Source: Planctomycetes bacterium RIFCSPLOWO2_12_FULL_50_35
GTDB lineage: Bacteria; Planctomycetota; Brocadiia; Brocadiales; Bathyanammoxibiaceae
Assembly: GCA_001828605.1 (NCBI GenBank)
Contig: MHZB01000026.1
Location: 1-59,733, forward strand
Reading direction: 5' to 3'
DNA: 59,733 bases
The stretch's first letter is position 1; every line of letters begins with the position of its first letter. The position numbers were made by a program, and so were the translations under genes. Below the pieces are notes generated by a model. That model made no database searches and was not told the origin of the DNA. It saw only the letters and a list, made by a program, of their open reading frames with translations. This document shows positions 8,855-19,512 of this stretch, piece by piece.

Positions 8855-10117
8855 ATGGTAATGACGCTGGCAGAGAAGATTATTGCGGCACATACGGACC
8901 AGGCTGAGGTCCAGGCCGGACAGTTTGTGTATGCGGGAGTGGACTTTTGCCTTGGCAATGACATCACTGCTCCAATAGCCATAAAAGAGTTTGAAGACGC
9001 CGGTATTGAGAGGGTATTTGACAGGAAGAGGATAGCGCTGGTCCCGGACCATTTTACCCCAAACAAGGATATAGCCTCTGCAGAGCAGGTAAAGATGCTG
9101 AGGAGATTTGCGGAGAGGCATCGGATTGAATATTTCTTCGAGATAGGCAGGATGGGAATAGAGCATGCGCTTCTGCCCGAAATGGGGCTGGTGCTGCCGG
9201 GCGACCTTGTAATAGGAGCTGATTCCCACACGTGTACGTACGGTGCCTTGGGTGCCTTTGCCGTCGGCGTAGGCAGTACAGACCTGGCGGCTTGTTTTGC
9301 CACAGGGAAGGTATGGCTGAGGGTGCCCGAGACGATAAGGTTTATGTTCGACGGTAAACTGCCGCGGTGGAGCTCGGGGAAGGATATAATTCTGCATGTG
9401 ATAGGGGATATAGGAGTAGACGGCGCTTTGTACAAGGTTATGGAATTTACCGGCCCGACAATCTCGTCATTGCCAATGGACGACCGTTTTGCCATATGCA
9501 ACATGGCGATAGAAGCAGGTGCAAAGACCGGGATTATTAAGACGGACGACGTAACCGAAGACTACGTAAGGGGTCGCGCAAAGAGGGGTTACCGGCCTTG
9601 TCACGTTAACGGCAGTCCGGACAATATAGAGACGCGTAGTTATAACGCCTCTAAAATCTCTCCCCAGGTGGCGATGCCCAGTTTGCCGTCGAACGTCTGC
9701 CCCGCGGAGGAGCTCTCTCACATAAAGATTGATCAGGTAGTCATTGGTTCCTGTACCAATGGCAGGATATCTGACATGAGGATAGCGGCCCAGATACTCC
9801 AGGGTAGGAAGGTGCACCCGTCTGTAAGGCTCCTTATCTTCCCCGCTACACAGGAGACGTATCTTCAGGCGGTGAGGGAGGGTTTAATGGACGTGTTCAT
9901 CGGCGCCGGGGCTGCCGTATCTACCCCGACCTGTGGACCATGTCTGGGGGGTCATTCGGGGGTACTGGCTGAGGGCGAGAGGTGTCTGTCTACAACAAAC
10001 CGCAATTTTCCAGGCAGGATGGGTCACCCCAAGAGCGAGGTCTATCTTTCCAGTCCTGCCGTAGCGGCCGCTTCGGCCGTGACAGGTAGGATTACTCACC
10101 CCGAAGAGCTGATTTAG
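8855..10117 (+). CDS. leuC: 3-isopropylmalate/homoaconitate dehydratase large subunit (archaeal-type, about 420 aa)
   Basis: MTLAEKII..., DSHTCTYGALG, GSCTNGR, CGPCLGG: the aconitase-family Fe-S ligand motifs. Confidence 0.9.
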   Translation: MVMTLAEKIIAAHTDQAEVQAGQFVYAGVDFCLGNDITAPIAIKEFEDAGIERVFDRKRIALVPDHFTPNKDIASAEQVKMLRRFAERHRIEYFFEIGRMGIEHALLPEMGLVLPGDLVIGADSHTCTYGALGAFAVGVGSTDLAACFATGKVWLRVPETIRFMFDGKLPRWSSGKDIILHVIGDIGVDGALYKVMEFTGPTISSLPMDDRFAICNMAIEAGAKTGIIKTDDVTEDYVRGRAKRGYRPCHVNGSPDNIETRSYNASKISPQVAMPSLPSNVCPAEELSHIKIDQVVIGSCTNGRISDMRIAAQILQGRKVHPSVRLLIFPATQETYLQAVREGLMDVFIGAGAAVSTPTCGPCLGGHSGVLAEGERCLSTTNRNFPGRMGHPKSEVYLSSPAVAAASAVTGRITHPEELI

Positions 10118-10208
10118 CACGGTCTTCGGACGAGAGTCTTCTTTTCTTCAATGTAGTAAGTTACTTAGTGCCGGGATAACTTTTGTATCTTTTTCATTGA
10201 GGAGCGGC

Positions 10209-13200
10209 ATGGCAGAGAAGAAATACATTGGTCTGGATATCGGTTCAGTCAGTTTGAAGGTTGTCCTTATTAACGATAAAAAAGAGGTCTTGGAGGAGCA
10301 TTATGTCCGAGCACAAGGCCAGCCGTTAGAGGCGACTCTGGAGGTCTTGAATGGTGTCTACAGTCGTACCCCCAGGGAGCAGATAAAGGGTATGGCCTGC
10401 ACCGGTTCGGGTGGAAAACTCCTCTCCGAGATATTTGGCATATATTTCGTTAACGAAGTGGTGGCACAGAGTAAGGGCACTGCCACCTATTACCCGGAGG
10501 TACGCAGTATCATAGAAATCGGCGGTCAGGACTCAAAGCTGATGCTCCTGGAATACGACAAGTCAATCGGCCAGATAAGGGTGGCCGATTTTGCCATGAA
10601 CACGATGTGCGCCGCAGGCACGGGCTCGTTTCTGGACCAACAGGCCTCACGTGTAGGTATCTCCATTGAAGGTGAATTTGCCGAGTTGGCGTTGAAGTCG
10701 AAAAACCCGCCCAGGATTGCAGGCCGTTGCAGCGTATTTGCCAAGTCAGACATGATACATCTCCAGCAGGAGGCCACCCCCGTCCACGACATATTGGCAG
10801 GTTTGTGTTATGCGATGGCCAGGAATTTCAAGAGTGCCATTGCAAAGGGCAAGGGGATGGCGAAACCGATCGCATTCCAGGGGGGTGTGGCGGCCAATAA
10901 GGGCATGATAAAGGCGTTTGAGGACGTTTTGGACCTCAAACCAGGTGATCTGATTATACCGAAACACCACGCCTCGTTGGGTGCCATTGGTGCGGCACTT
11001 ATGATTATGGAGAAGGGTGCCGAGCACGGTTGTAACGGTCTGGGGGCCCTGGAGTCATATTTGAGAAACCGCAAGAGTAATGCGGCAATGCTGGAGGCGC
11101 TGAAGGGCGACAATTATGACATCGTGACCCACTGTGTGCCTGTTAACGGAAACGGCAAGGTAGAAGCCTATGTCGGGGTTGATGTGGGCTCAATAAGCAC
11201 GAACGTAATTGTTATAGACAAGGACAAGAATGTCTTGGCCAGGCGTTATTTAATGACGGCGGGCAGGCCGCTTGAGGCAGTTACCAAAGGGCTGTTTGAA
11301 GTAGGGATGGAGGTCGGCGACAAGGTGGATGTTAAGGGGGTGTGCACCACGGGCTCCGGGCGCTACCTGACCGGAGACTATATAGGTGCGGATGTTACGA
11401 AGAATGAGATTACCGCCCACGCCAGAGCGGCTGCAAACGCATGCCCCGATGTGGATACAATCTTTGAGATAGGGGGTCAGGACTCGAAGTATATAAGGAT
11501 GGAAAACGGTGCAGTCGTGGATTTCGCGATGAATAAGGTCTGTGCGGCTGGGACCGGGTCATTTCTGGAGGAGCAGTCAGAGAGACTCGGCATAGCCATT
11601 AAAGAGGAGTTTGGGAAGAAGGCGCTGAGTTCTTGCGGAGGATGCGGTATGGGTGAGAGGTGTACCGTGTTTATGGAGTCGGATATTGTACACCATCAAC
11701 AAAAGGGGGCCACCAAGCAGGACCTTGTAGCGGGCCTTAGTTATTCAATCGTCCTTAATTACCTTAATCGCGTGGTGGAGAGCAGGAGGGTTGGTGACCG
11801 TATCCTGTTCCAGGGAGGTGTTGCGTATAACCGCGGGGTAAAGGCCGCATTCGAGAAGGTAACCGGTAAGGAGATTATTGTGCCGCCACACCACGATTGT
11901 ATGGGTGCAATAGGCTCTGCGATAATCGCCATGGAGGAGAGGAACTGGGAGAAATCCAAGTTCAAGGGTTTCGACTTACGAAAGCGGAAATGTGAAGTAG
12001 GTTCCTTTGTGTGCAGGGATTGTTCAAACATATGCACGGTTAAGAAGGTAGAGATTAGCGGTGAGGAACCGCTATATTACGGCGATCGCTGCGGTAAGTA
12101 CGAAGATTCCGGAAAACCCAAGAAGGGGCGTGGAATCCCAAGACTATTTAAGGAACGGGAGAAGGTCCTGTTCAATTCCTATCCTAAAGATAAACCCGAT
12201 GCCCCCAACGGTATGAAGGTGGGTATGCCGCGGGCAAACATGTTCTTCGAGCTGTACCCCATGTGGAAGGCATTCTTTACGGAACTGGGTTTTGAGGTGG
12301 TCCCGTCGAGTCCGACCAACCCTGAACTGATAAAGGAGGGTGTGGAGAATATTGCTGCTGAGACCTGCTTCCCCATAAAGGTAGCTCACGGGCACGTGAT
12401 GGACATGCTGGACAAGGACATAGATTACCTGTTTATACCCAGCGTTGTTAATTTCCCCAATGCCAGTCCGAAGCTGGTCCATTCGTATATGTGTCCGTAC
12501 GTACAAGGACTTCCGTACATGGTTCGTGCTGTAGCAAAGTTTGCGGAAAACGGCAAGAAATTCAAGGTCCTTGAGCCAGCCTTCCATCTGGAGTGGGGAA
12601 TGGAGCATCTGAAAAATATATTCCGCGAGATAGCCAGAGATATAGGCCAGACGGGTGAACGTGTGGAAAAGGCCGTAGCTACCGCGCTATCAGCCCAGCA
12701 AGATTTTTATGACACGCTTGCCAAACGCGGTAAGGAGGCACTTGCCAGCCTTAAAGAGGACGAAATTGCACTGGTAATAGTGGGCCGGACCTACAACTCC
12801 TGCGATGAGGTTGTCAGTCTTCGTATCCCTGATAAGCTTAGGGAACTTGGTGTGCTTGCCATACCAATGGACATGCTGCCGCTGGACGTGGTGGAGATTG
12901 CCGAGGAGTATCCGCACATGTATTGGAGGTCCGGGCAAAAGATTATAGCTGCGGCAAGGTTTATTGGCAAAGACAAGAGGTTGTACCCACTTTATATAAC
13001 GAACTTCGGTTGCGGTCCGGACGCCTTTATCTTAAAGCATTTTGAGAAAGAACTGTCCCACAAACCGCAGCTTACAATAGAGATAGACGAGCATAGCGCC
13101 GATGCCGGCATTATAACGCGTTGTGAGGCATACCTTGACAGCCTTAAGAATGTAAGGAATGGCGCAGGATACGCACATAAACCACCAGTTACCACAAGCC

Positions 13201-14429
13201 TGACGGCAAATGCGAAGACCAAACGGAAGGTGTTTATCCCGTACATGGACGACCACGTATTTCCCATGGCCGCCGCAATGAGCGCCTGCGGTGTGGACGC
13301 CGAGCCACTGCCGATGCCCGACAAGCAGAGCCTGGACATAGGCCGAAGATTTACGTCAGGCAAGGAGTGTTACCCCGCAATCCTTACCACTGGGGACATC
13401 GTTAAGAAGGCCACCGACGATGACTTCGACCGCAGCTGTAGCGCCTTTTTCATGGCTACCGCCTACGGACCCTGCCGTTTCGGTCAATATAACAGGTTCC
13501 ACCGTATGGTGCTTGATGACCTGGGCTTCAAAGACGTACCCGTGATTACGCTTGACCAGGACAAGGACTACCAGTCTAACATGGCGTCTCTGGGGACTGA
13601 TTTTAAGAAACTGGCATGGCAGGGCATTCTGCTGGTTGACTACCTGCAGAGGCTCTTGAGAGAGACGCGCCCGTATGAGCTGAGTAAGGGGCAGTCTGAC
13701 GCCGTGTATAAACATTATCTGGAGATGGGCACTGAGTGGACCAGGAATCGTAAAGATCTGCTTAGGGTGGCACAGAAGGCAAGAGACGCCTTTCATAATA
13801 TACCGGTAGACAGAGGCATCAGAAAGCCGCTTATAGGTATCATAGGCGAGGTATACGTGCGAAGCTGCGCCTACTCTAACAGCTTTGTGGTAGACCGTAT
13901 TGAGAAACTGGGCGGTGAAGCCATCCTACCCCCGTTTGAGGAGTGGATAAACTACATAGGCTATTGCAGACGGGAGGACTGTCTCAGGGAGCAAAGATGG
14001 GGTGCTTATCTTAAGGAGTTGATAACGGACTTGATCCAGCGTTGGCAGGCCTTCAAGAGGGCTAGACCCTTCAAGGGGCATATAAGACACTTCTACAGAG
14101 AATCACCGTCCTGGGACGTCATACAGAAAGGGAAGAAATACCTGCACCCGTCCTTTAGGGGCGAAGCCATTCTCAGCATGGGCAGGGCGGTGGAGTATGC
14201 TGAGCACGGGGTTCACGGTATAATAAACATGGTACCATTCCACTGCATGCCCGGCACGGTTGTAAACGCACTGCTTGAGAGGTTGCAGAAGGACCACGAC
14301 GGCATTCCAATTATAAAGATGGCCTTCGACGGTCAGGAAGAGACCAACGAGCAAACCCGTCTGGAGGCATTTATGCATCAGGCCCACCAGAGAATGGAAT
14401 CCAAGTCAGGTACCAACGGAGGTCATTAA
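10209..14429 (+). CDS. BcrAD/BadFG/HgdC-type double ATPase fused to a 2-hydroxyacyl-CoA-dehydratase-related (DUF2229-like) domain
   Basis: Two activase modules: [26 protein letters not shown], and [28 protein letters not shown]-terminal region of about 770 aa follows. GAGGAG precedes ATG 10209. Confidence 0.8.
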   Translation: MAEKKYIGLDIGSVSLKVVLINDKKEVLEEHYVRAQGQPLEATLEVLNGVYSRTPREQIKGMACTGSGGKLLSEIFGIYFVNEVVAQSKGTATYYPEVRSIIEIGGQDSKLMLLEYDKSIGQIRVADFAMNTMCAAGTGSFLDQQASRVGISIEGEFAELALKSKNPPRIAGRCSVFAKSDMIHLQQEATPVHDILAGLCYAMARNFKSAIAKGKGMAKPIAFQGGVAANKGMIKAFEDVLDLKPGDLIIPKHHASLGAIGAALMIMEKGAEHGCNGLGALESYLRNRKSNAAMLEALKGDNYDIVTHCVPVNGNGKVEAYVGVDVGSISTNVIVIDKDKNVLARRYLMTAGRPLEAVTKGLFEVGMEVGDKVDVKGVCTTGSGRYLTGDYIGADVTKNEITAHARAAANACPDVDTIFEIGGQDSKYIRMENGAVVDFAMNKVCAAGTGSFLEEQSERLGIAIKEEFGKKALSSCGGCGMGERCTVFMESDIVHHQQKGATKQDLVAGLSYSIVLNYLNRVVESRRVGDRILFQGGVAYNRGVKAAFEKVTGKEIIVPPHHDCMGAIGSAIIAMEERNWEKSKFKGFDLRKRKCEVGSFVCRDCSNICTVKKVEISGEEPLYYGDRCGKYEDSGKPKKGRGIPRLFKEREKVLFNSYPKDKPDAPNGMKVGMPRANMFFELYPMWKAFFTELGFEVVPSSPTNPELIKEGVENIAAETCFPIKVAHGHVMDMLDKDIDYLFIPSVVNFPNASPKLVHSYMCPYVQGLPYMVRAVAKFAENGKKFKVLEPAFHLEWGMEHLKNIFREIARDIGQTGERVEKAVATALSAQQDFYDTLAKRGKEALASLKEDEIALVIVGRTYNSCDEVVSLRIPDKLRELGVLAIPMDMLPLDVVEIAEEYPHMYWRSGQKIIAAARFIGKDKRLYPLYITNFGCGPDAFILKHFEKELSHKPQLTIEIDEHSADAGIITRCEAYLDSLKNVRNGAGYAHKPPVTTSLTANAKTKRKVFIPYMDDHVFPMAAAMSACGVDAEPLPMPDKQSLDIGRRFTSGKECYPAILTTGDIVKKATDDDFDRSCSAFFMATAYGPCRFGQYNRFHRMVLDDLGFKDVPVITLDQDKDYQSNMASLGTDFKKLAWQGILLVDYLQRLLRETRPYELSKGQSDAVYKHYLEMGTEWTRNRKDLLRVAQKARDAFHNIPVDRGIRKPLIGIIGEVYVRSCAYSNSFVVDRIEKLGGEAILPPFEEWINYIGYCRREDCLREQRWGAYLKELITDLIQRWQAFKRARPFKGHIRHFYRESPSWDVIQKGKKYLHPSFRGEAILSMGRAVEYAEHGVHGIINMVPFHCMPGTVVNALLERLQKDHDGIPIIKMAFDGQEETNEQTRLEAFMHQAHQRMESKSGTNGGH

Positions 14430-14432
14430 GGG

Positions 14433-14921
14433 GTGCGCGGGCGATGCTGGAAATTTGGCGATAACATAAGCACTGACCATATTATTGCAGGAAGATTCCT
14501 CAGTACCTCAGAGCCCGGTGCACTGGCAGCCCACTGTATGGAAGATGCCCGCCCTGAATTCCACAAGGAGGTAAGTCCAGGGGACATAGTTGTTGCGGGT
14601 GACAACTTTGGCTGCGGTTCTTCACGGGAGCACGCGCCCATCGCAATGAAGGGTTGTAAGATAGGGGCGGTTATTGCATCCAGTTTTGCCCGAATTTTTT
14701 TCAGAAATTCCATAAACATCGGACTTCCAATCATAGAAAGCGTCGAGGCCGCAAGGGAGATAGAAGAGGGCGATGACGTTGAGATAGACATGAATAAGAG
14801 CCGAATCCTTAACCACACAAGCGGTAAGACCTACAGTTTTGAACCATTTCCACAAGAGATAAGAGACATTATTGCCGCGGGTGGTCTCATGAAGTACGTG
14901 AAGAAAAAGATGGGAAAGTAG
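14433..14921 (+). CDS. leuD: 3-isopropylmalate/homoaconitate dehydratase small subunit
   Basis: 162 aa. [17 protein letters not shown] and GCGSSREHA motifs. GTG start 3 nt after the preceding stop. Confidence 0.9.
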   Translation: MRGRCWKFGDNISTDHIIAGRFLSTSEPGALAAHCMEDARPEFHKEVSPGDIVVAGDNFGCGSSREHAPIAMKGCKIGAVIASSFARIFFRNSINIGLPIIESVEAAREIEEGDDVEIDMNKSRILNHTSGKTYSFEPFPQEIRDIIAAGGLMKYVKKKMGK

Positions 14922-15032
14922 ACGAGGTCCTGTCGCCGGCAGACTTCTTTGTCTGCCTTCGACCAAACGGTGTCAGGTTGGCCTGGTGGTAGGATGCCAG
15001 GTCATATTTAATCGTAGTACAGGTGCAATTTA

Positions 15033-15863
15033 TCACGCACCTCCCTTCCGTCTGCTGTACATAAATAGATACTCCTGTGCGTAACCCGCATACTGGCCAA
15101 AGTATTCGCGTGCGAAGCCGTGTATGACCTTGTTCGGTGTCGGTCTGTCTCGGAAGTATACTTCCTGCATCACCCTCTTTATCCATCTGTCTACGGGAAA
15201 GGCTTCAGTGAAGCCCAGGGAAAATAGGAGGACGCAGTCCGCCACCTTGTCCCCTACGCCGAGATTTTGCATAAGTAGTTGTTTTGCATCATCATATACC
15301 AGTTCCCTAAGTGCATCCAGGTATGGGTCATTTATCCTCTGACTGGCCTCTTGCACGTACCTTGCCCTGAACCCAAGGCCAATTTCATCGAGGGCCTTCT
15401 TTTGTAATTTAATGTGGGGTCCCGGGAAGGTGTTACTCTCGATACCGTCAAGGACGATCCTTTTGCCAAATCTTTCGGCGACGCCCTCCATGCAGGTTCT
15501 TATTCGTGGGATATTAGAGGCAGAGGAGCAGATGTATGAGATGAGACATTCCCACGGATCCTGCCGGATAATTCGAAGGCCACGATAGAGCCTTACCGCC
15601 TTTTCAATGTGTTTATCCCTGATTATTGAACTGAGGATTTCATCGAGAGGCACATCGAGTGAAAAAAGGTATTTTATATACTTGTCGTCTGCCCCTTTGT
15701 ATTCAAGAATGTCACCCGTCTGTCTTATCTTAAAAAAAGTGTCTCTTGAGTTAATAAAGTACCAGCCGTCAACCAGTCTTACTCTGAAGAACTGTCCACA
15801 CTCAAGAGTGTGGCGCAGGCTAAAATCTTTTATCCTTATTCGCCGAAGTTTGTTCTTTGTCAT
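15033..15863 (-). CDS. ogg: 8-oxoguanine DNA glycosylase / DNA lyase (OGG1-type, HhH-GPD)
   Basis: 276 aa. N-terminal LECGQFFRV (OGG_N-like) and an HhH-GPD core LMQNLGVGDKVADCVLLFSLG...FPVDRWIKR. Confidence 0.8.
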   Translation of the reverse strand: MTKNKLRRIRIKDFSLRHTLECGQFFRVRLVDGWYFINSRDTFFKIRQTGDILEYKGADDKYIKYLFSLDVPLDEILSSIIRDKHIEKAVRLYRGLRIIRQDPWECLISYICSSASNIPRIRTCMEGVAERFGKRIVLDGIESNTFPGPHIKLQKKALDEIGLGFRARYVQEASQRINDPYLDALRELVYDDAKQLLMQNLGVGDKVADCVLLFSLGFTEAFPVDRWIKRVMQEVYFRDRPTPNKVIHGFAREYFGQYAGYAQEYLFMYSRRKGGA

Positions 15864-16388
15864 AAGACTTTCACACCCTGATTTTGTTTAAGCCAATGGC
15901 AGTCAATGGGATGCAACGCATTGATGTATGGCGTTACGGGAGATGTCCTAAGTATTGATAATCTAATAACATAAGATGTGGAGAATTACTGACTTTTATA
16001 ATAGTAAATAAATGCAACAATGAGTAAAGAATTTTTAAAAAATCTTAAGACTACTGTGAATCTTCAATCATGTTGACAAGAAGAATCTTACACAGTTTTG
16101 ATTTTTCGTAAAGTATGATCCCGGTGTGATCAGAAAGAATTTCTTTTTGACAGCTTGGAAATTTTTGATATGCTTCCTCCTGTTTTCTTGAGACATGCCC
16201 GCCAATGATTAGTCCCGATGTTATCGAGGACGCTAACTGGTTCTTGCCGCTAGGGGGCTATCGGCAGGGCCGGAGGGGTATTCGTATTTTGCGTAGTGCG
16301 AATGGTTAAATCTTCGTGAGATTCTGTTGCTGCACTTCGAGTTTTTAATTAGCGATTATTGGTAATTTTGTTTCTTCCGGGAGTCTAC
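15864..16388. other. candidate replication origin region (AT-rich spacer upstream of dnaA)
   Basis: 525-bp gene-free spacer with a strongly AT-rich core (about 15950..16180). One near-consensus DnaA box, TGTGGAGAA, at 15977..15985. Four (A/G)AATCTT repeats at 16041, 16058, 16083 and 16308. Confidence 0.3.
16147..16174 (+). promoter_or_regulatory. possible dnaA promoter
   Basis: TTGACA, 16-nt spacer, TATGCT. Confidence 0.35.
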
Positions 16389-17759
16389 GTGCCCAAAAGT
16401 TGTGAAGAAATTTGGGGGAATGTGCTTAGCGGCATTGAGCGGCACGTAAGCCCGGCAACTTACAATCTATGGTTTAGGAACACTACTCTCCTTTCGGTTG
16501 ATGGCGAGTGTTGTACCATCGGCGTTCCCAATTCCTACACAGCCATCTGGCTTAAAAAGCATTTCTCGTCCGTAATTAAGGATATTTTGAATGCCTCGTT
16601 GGATAGAGAGATTGATATAGGGTTTTCCGTAGTTAAACAGATGCCTTCCAACAAGATAGGGGAATGTATTGTCAACAAAGAAGTTAGAAAGGAAGAGGCA
16701 GGGGATAAAAGACATTCAGCACCACCCCGCAGGGTAGAACACAGGGTTATGCGCCTTGAGGAGTTCGTTGTCGGCCCGTCAAACCAGTTGGCATACATGT
16801 CGGCCCAGGAGATGTTTCGATCACCCGACCCACCGTTCAGCACCTTATTCATTTACGGTTCCGTAGGTCTTGGGAAGACGCATATACTTCAAGGTATATG
16901 TAATCAGGTCAATGAGAATAGGAATTTGCGAAAGGCCATCTACATGCCGGCCGAGCACTGGACAAACGAATTCATTGCCGCGCTTAAGAAAGGAAAGGTG
17001 GATAGTTTCAGGAATGAGTATAGAGGGGCGGATGTGCTGCTGATAGACGACGTGCATTTTCTTTCGAACAAAAGCGGTATACAAGAAGAGTTCCTTCACA
17101 CGTTCAATACACTTCATCACTCATCCAAGAGGATTATCCTCGCAAGCGACGCACATCCCAAGTTAATAAAGAAGATCAAGGAGAGTCTTGCCAGCCGCAT
17201 GATGTCTGGTATGGTTGCGGAGATACGTCCTCCTGATTTCGAGACGGCACTAGCCATACTTAAGGCTAAGACTGGGGTTGCAGGGAAGGTCATGCCGCAG
17301 GAAGTGCTGGCATATATGGCAGAGAGACTGAAGGAAAGAAGTGTGAGGGAATTTGAAAGTGTCCTTACAACCGTTACTGCAATCGCAACGGCCTATAAGA
17401 GAAAGATAAACGTCTCTCTGGTGAAGGAAGTTTTGTCGGGTGTCTCAAGCCAGAGACTGCGGAAGGTAAGGATAGAAGACATAGAAAAATGTGTGAGCGA
17501 TTATTTCCAGCTCAGCCCGGAGGAACTGCGCTCCTCGAATAAAAAGAGGTCCCAGATACTGCCCATCCACATGTGCTGCTACTTGGCAAGGACCCTTACA
17601 GCCGCTTCTTATCAAGAGATAGGAGACCATTTCGGCAACAGACGGCATACGACCTGCATAGCAGCCATGAGGAAGATAAAAAGAAGGCTGGAGACAGATA
17701 GTGAGTTTAGTTGCCTCGTGGACAGGTTGTCAGAAGAAATAAGACGAAACCCCTCATAG
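16389..17759 (+). CDS. dnaA: chromosomal replication initiator protein DnaA
   Basis: FVVGPSNQLAY, Walker A GSVGLGKTH, LLIDDVHFL, C-terminal DNA-binding helix region. GTG 16389 gives the usual ...EEIWGNVL... N-terminus; the track ORF begins at 16359. Confidence 0.92.
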   Translation: MPKSCEEIWGNVLSGIERHVSPATYNLWFRNTTLLSVDGECCTIGVPNSYTAIWLKKHFSSVIKDILNASLDREIDIGFSVVKQMPSNKIGECIVNKEVRKEEAGDKRHSAPPRRVEHRVMRLEEFVVGPSNQLAYMSAQEMFRSPDPPFSTLFIYGSVGLGKTHILQGICNQVNENRNLRKAIYMPAEHWTNEFIAALKKGKVDSFRNEYRGADVLLIDDVHFLSNKSGIQEEFLHTFNTLHHSSKRIILASDAHPKLIKKIKESLASRMMSGMVAEIRPPDFETALAILKAKTGVAGKVMPQEVLAYMAERLKERSVREFESVLTTVTAIATAYKRKINVSLVKEVLSGVSSQRLRKVRIEDIEKCVSDYFQLSPEELRSSNKKRSQILPIHMCCYLARTLTAASYQEIGDHFGNRRHTTCIAAMRKIKRRLETDSEFSCLVDRLSEEIRRNPS

Positions 17760-17861
17760 GCCCTCTTCCGTGCGGCCTGTAACCAAGAACTGGCATACAA
17801 TTAATATCTCTGCAAACACCGGTTTTGGATTCATTACATTTTCAATTGAAAGGCCATATCA

Positions 17862-18941
17862 TTGAGCACCCCAAAACGACTCTTGCAATTAAGAGAAATG
17901 ATAAAGAAGCGCGGATTGGATGGCCTCATAGTGGGTAATATCGCAAACATCCGGTATCTCAGCGGTTTCAGCGGTTCGGAAGGCATGATGCTGCTCACCG
18001 ATGAACGCGATATATTAATTACAGATTTCAGATACGTTGAGCAGGTTCAGAAGGAATGTAGAGGCGTAGAGCTGGTTGAGAGGAAACGAGGCCTGATAAG
18101 GACCACCTCCAGTCTGGTAAGACGTTTAAAGCTGTCTGTGCTGGGTTTTGAGGCAGATTCGCTGACGTATTCGCAGTACGCCGAGTTAAAGACCGCCTTG
18201 GGCCGGAAGAAAATGGTGCCTACAAAGGGCATGGTTGAGTGTTTGAGGGAGATAAAAGATGACGAAGAAGTTAAGAAGATTAGGATGGCCCTAGAGATAG
18301 CTGAGGCGGGATTCCAGTCCCTCAGGAGGGATGTACGACAGGGAGTAACGGAAAAACAGTTGGCTGACGGTCTTGAGTCGGCCATGAAGAGTGGCGGCGC
18401 GGTCGGTCCGGCCTTCAACACCATAGTTGCAGTGGGTGAGCGCTCGTCCCTGCCCCACGCACCTTTAACCGAGAGGAAAATTGGCCGGGGTGATATGGTG
18501 CTCGTTGATTGGGGTGCGTCTTGGCAGGCTTACAATTCAGACTTGACACGGGTACTATTCCTAAATAGAATCAGCGCACAGGCAAGAAAGATTTATGGCA
18601 TTGTTTTGAATGCCCAAAAGCGGGCCATAGATAGGGTTAGGGGTGGTGTAAGTGTCAGGGAGGTAGACCTGGCCGCCAGGTCGTATATCGAGAAAATGGG
18701 CTACGGTAGTAATTTTGGGCATGGCCTAGGCCATGGAATAGGTCTTGATGTCCATGAGAATCCAAGGCTTAATCGCACCAATAGAAGGCTGCTGAAGAGG
18801 GGCATGGTTATCACGGTAGAGCCGGGCATCTACATCCCAAATTGGGGTGGTGTGAGGATAGAAGACATGATCCTGGTCAAAGAAGATGGGTGTGAAGTCC
18901 TTAGCCGTCTACCCAAGGACCTTGACGAAGCAATAGTTTAA
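17862..18941 (+). CDS. pepP: Xaa-Pro aminopeptidase (M24 family)
   Basis: 359 aa. Creatinase-like N-domain plus the pita-bread domain with DWG..Y.SD and HGLGHGIGLDVHE, VEPGIY. Confidence 0.88.
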   Translation: MSTPKRLLQLREMIKKRGLDGLIVGNIANIRYLSGFSGSEGMMLLTDERDILITDFRYVEQVQKECRGVELVERKRGLIRTTSSLVRRLKLSVLGFEADSLTYSQYAELKTALGRKKMVPTKGMVECLREIKDDEEVKKIRMALEIAEAGFQSLRRDVRQGVTEKQLADGLESAMKSGGAVGPAFNTIVAVGERSSLPHAPLTERKIGRGDMVLVDWGASWQAYNSDLTRVLFLNRISAQARKIYGIVLNAQKRAIDRVRGGVSVREVDLAARSYIEKMGYGSNFGHGLGHGIGLDVHENPRLNRTNRRLLKRGMVITVEPGIYIPNWGGVRIEDMILVKEDGCEVLSRLPKDLDEAIV

Positions 18942-19021
18942 TACTTAATACATCGTTGCCCTCCGATTAAACCGGCATTTACGGACCTTGTCAGAAAGGT
19001 CGTTTATGAAAAGCATTGCCG

Positions 19022-19501
19022 ATGAAAAGGACTCCCATAAACATGAGTACGATGGACAAAATTAAAGAGCTTATTTCATTGATGAACGCTAATGACCTGT
19101 CTGAAATCGAAATTCAAGAGGATACGTTAAGGATAAAGGTAAAAAAAACAAACGGCGGTTTTCAACCGGCTTTCCTCCCTTCCGTTCCTTCAGGTAGTCT
19201 TCCGGCTCCTGTGGGGTCAGTGCAGCATCCCCTTCTTAAAAAGGACAATTTAAAAGAAATAACCTCTCCGATGGTGGGTACGTTCTATAGGGCGGCTACG
19301 CCCGGGGCTGAGCCCCATGTAGGAGTCGGTGATGTACTGGACCCTGATACCGTAGTTTGTGTAATAGAAGCTATGAAGATTATAAACGAGATAAAGGCAG
19401 AGGTGACTGGAAAGGTGGTAGAGGTGTTGGTTGAGGATGGTATGCCGGTGGAGTTTGGCCAACCACTTTTCAGGGTACAGCCGACAGTGTCTGGGGGGTA
19501 A
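19022..19501 (+). CDS. accB: acetyl-CoA carboxylase biotin carboxyl carrier protein
   Basis: C-terminal biotinyl domain with EAMKIINEIKAE. Immediately upstream of accC. The exact start is uncertain (19016/19022/19043). Confidence 0.88.
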   Translation: MKRTPINMSTMDKIKELISLMNANDLSEIEIQEDTLRIKVKKTNGGFQPAFLPSVPSGSLPAPVGSVQHPLLKKDNLKEITSPMVGTFYRAATPGAEPHVGVGDVLDPDTVVCVIEAMKIINEIKAEVTGKVVEVLVEDGMPVEFGQPLFRVQPTVSGG

Positions 19502-19512
19502 AGGACGGTTAA

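Noticed and set aside
8756-9504. Long antisense or overlapping ORFs opposite leuC. Others of the same kind: 3229..3915 (fmt/def), 39796..40683 (TPR), 43245..43889 (11-haem), 44367..44981 (acn), 46402..47088 (mdh), 52159..53142 (ppdK), 55704..56471 (purH)
   Set aside because: Each lies wholly inside a confidently identified gene on the other strand. None shows a recognisable domain.
14938-14957. Hairpin ggcagac-ttcttt-gtctgcc between the convergent leuD and ogg genes as a terminator
   Set aside because: The stem is only 7 bp with no clear T-run on either strand. It is too weak to call.
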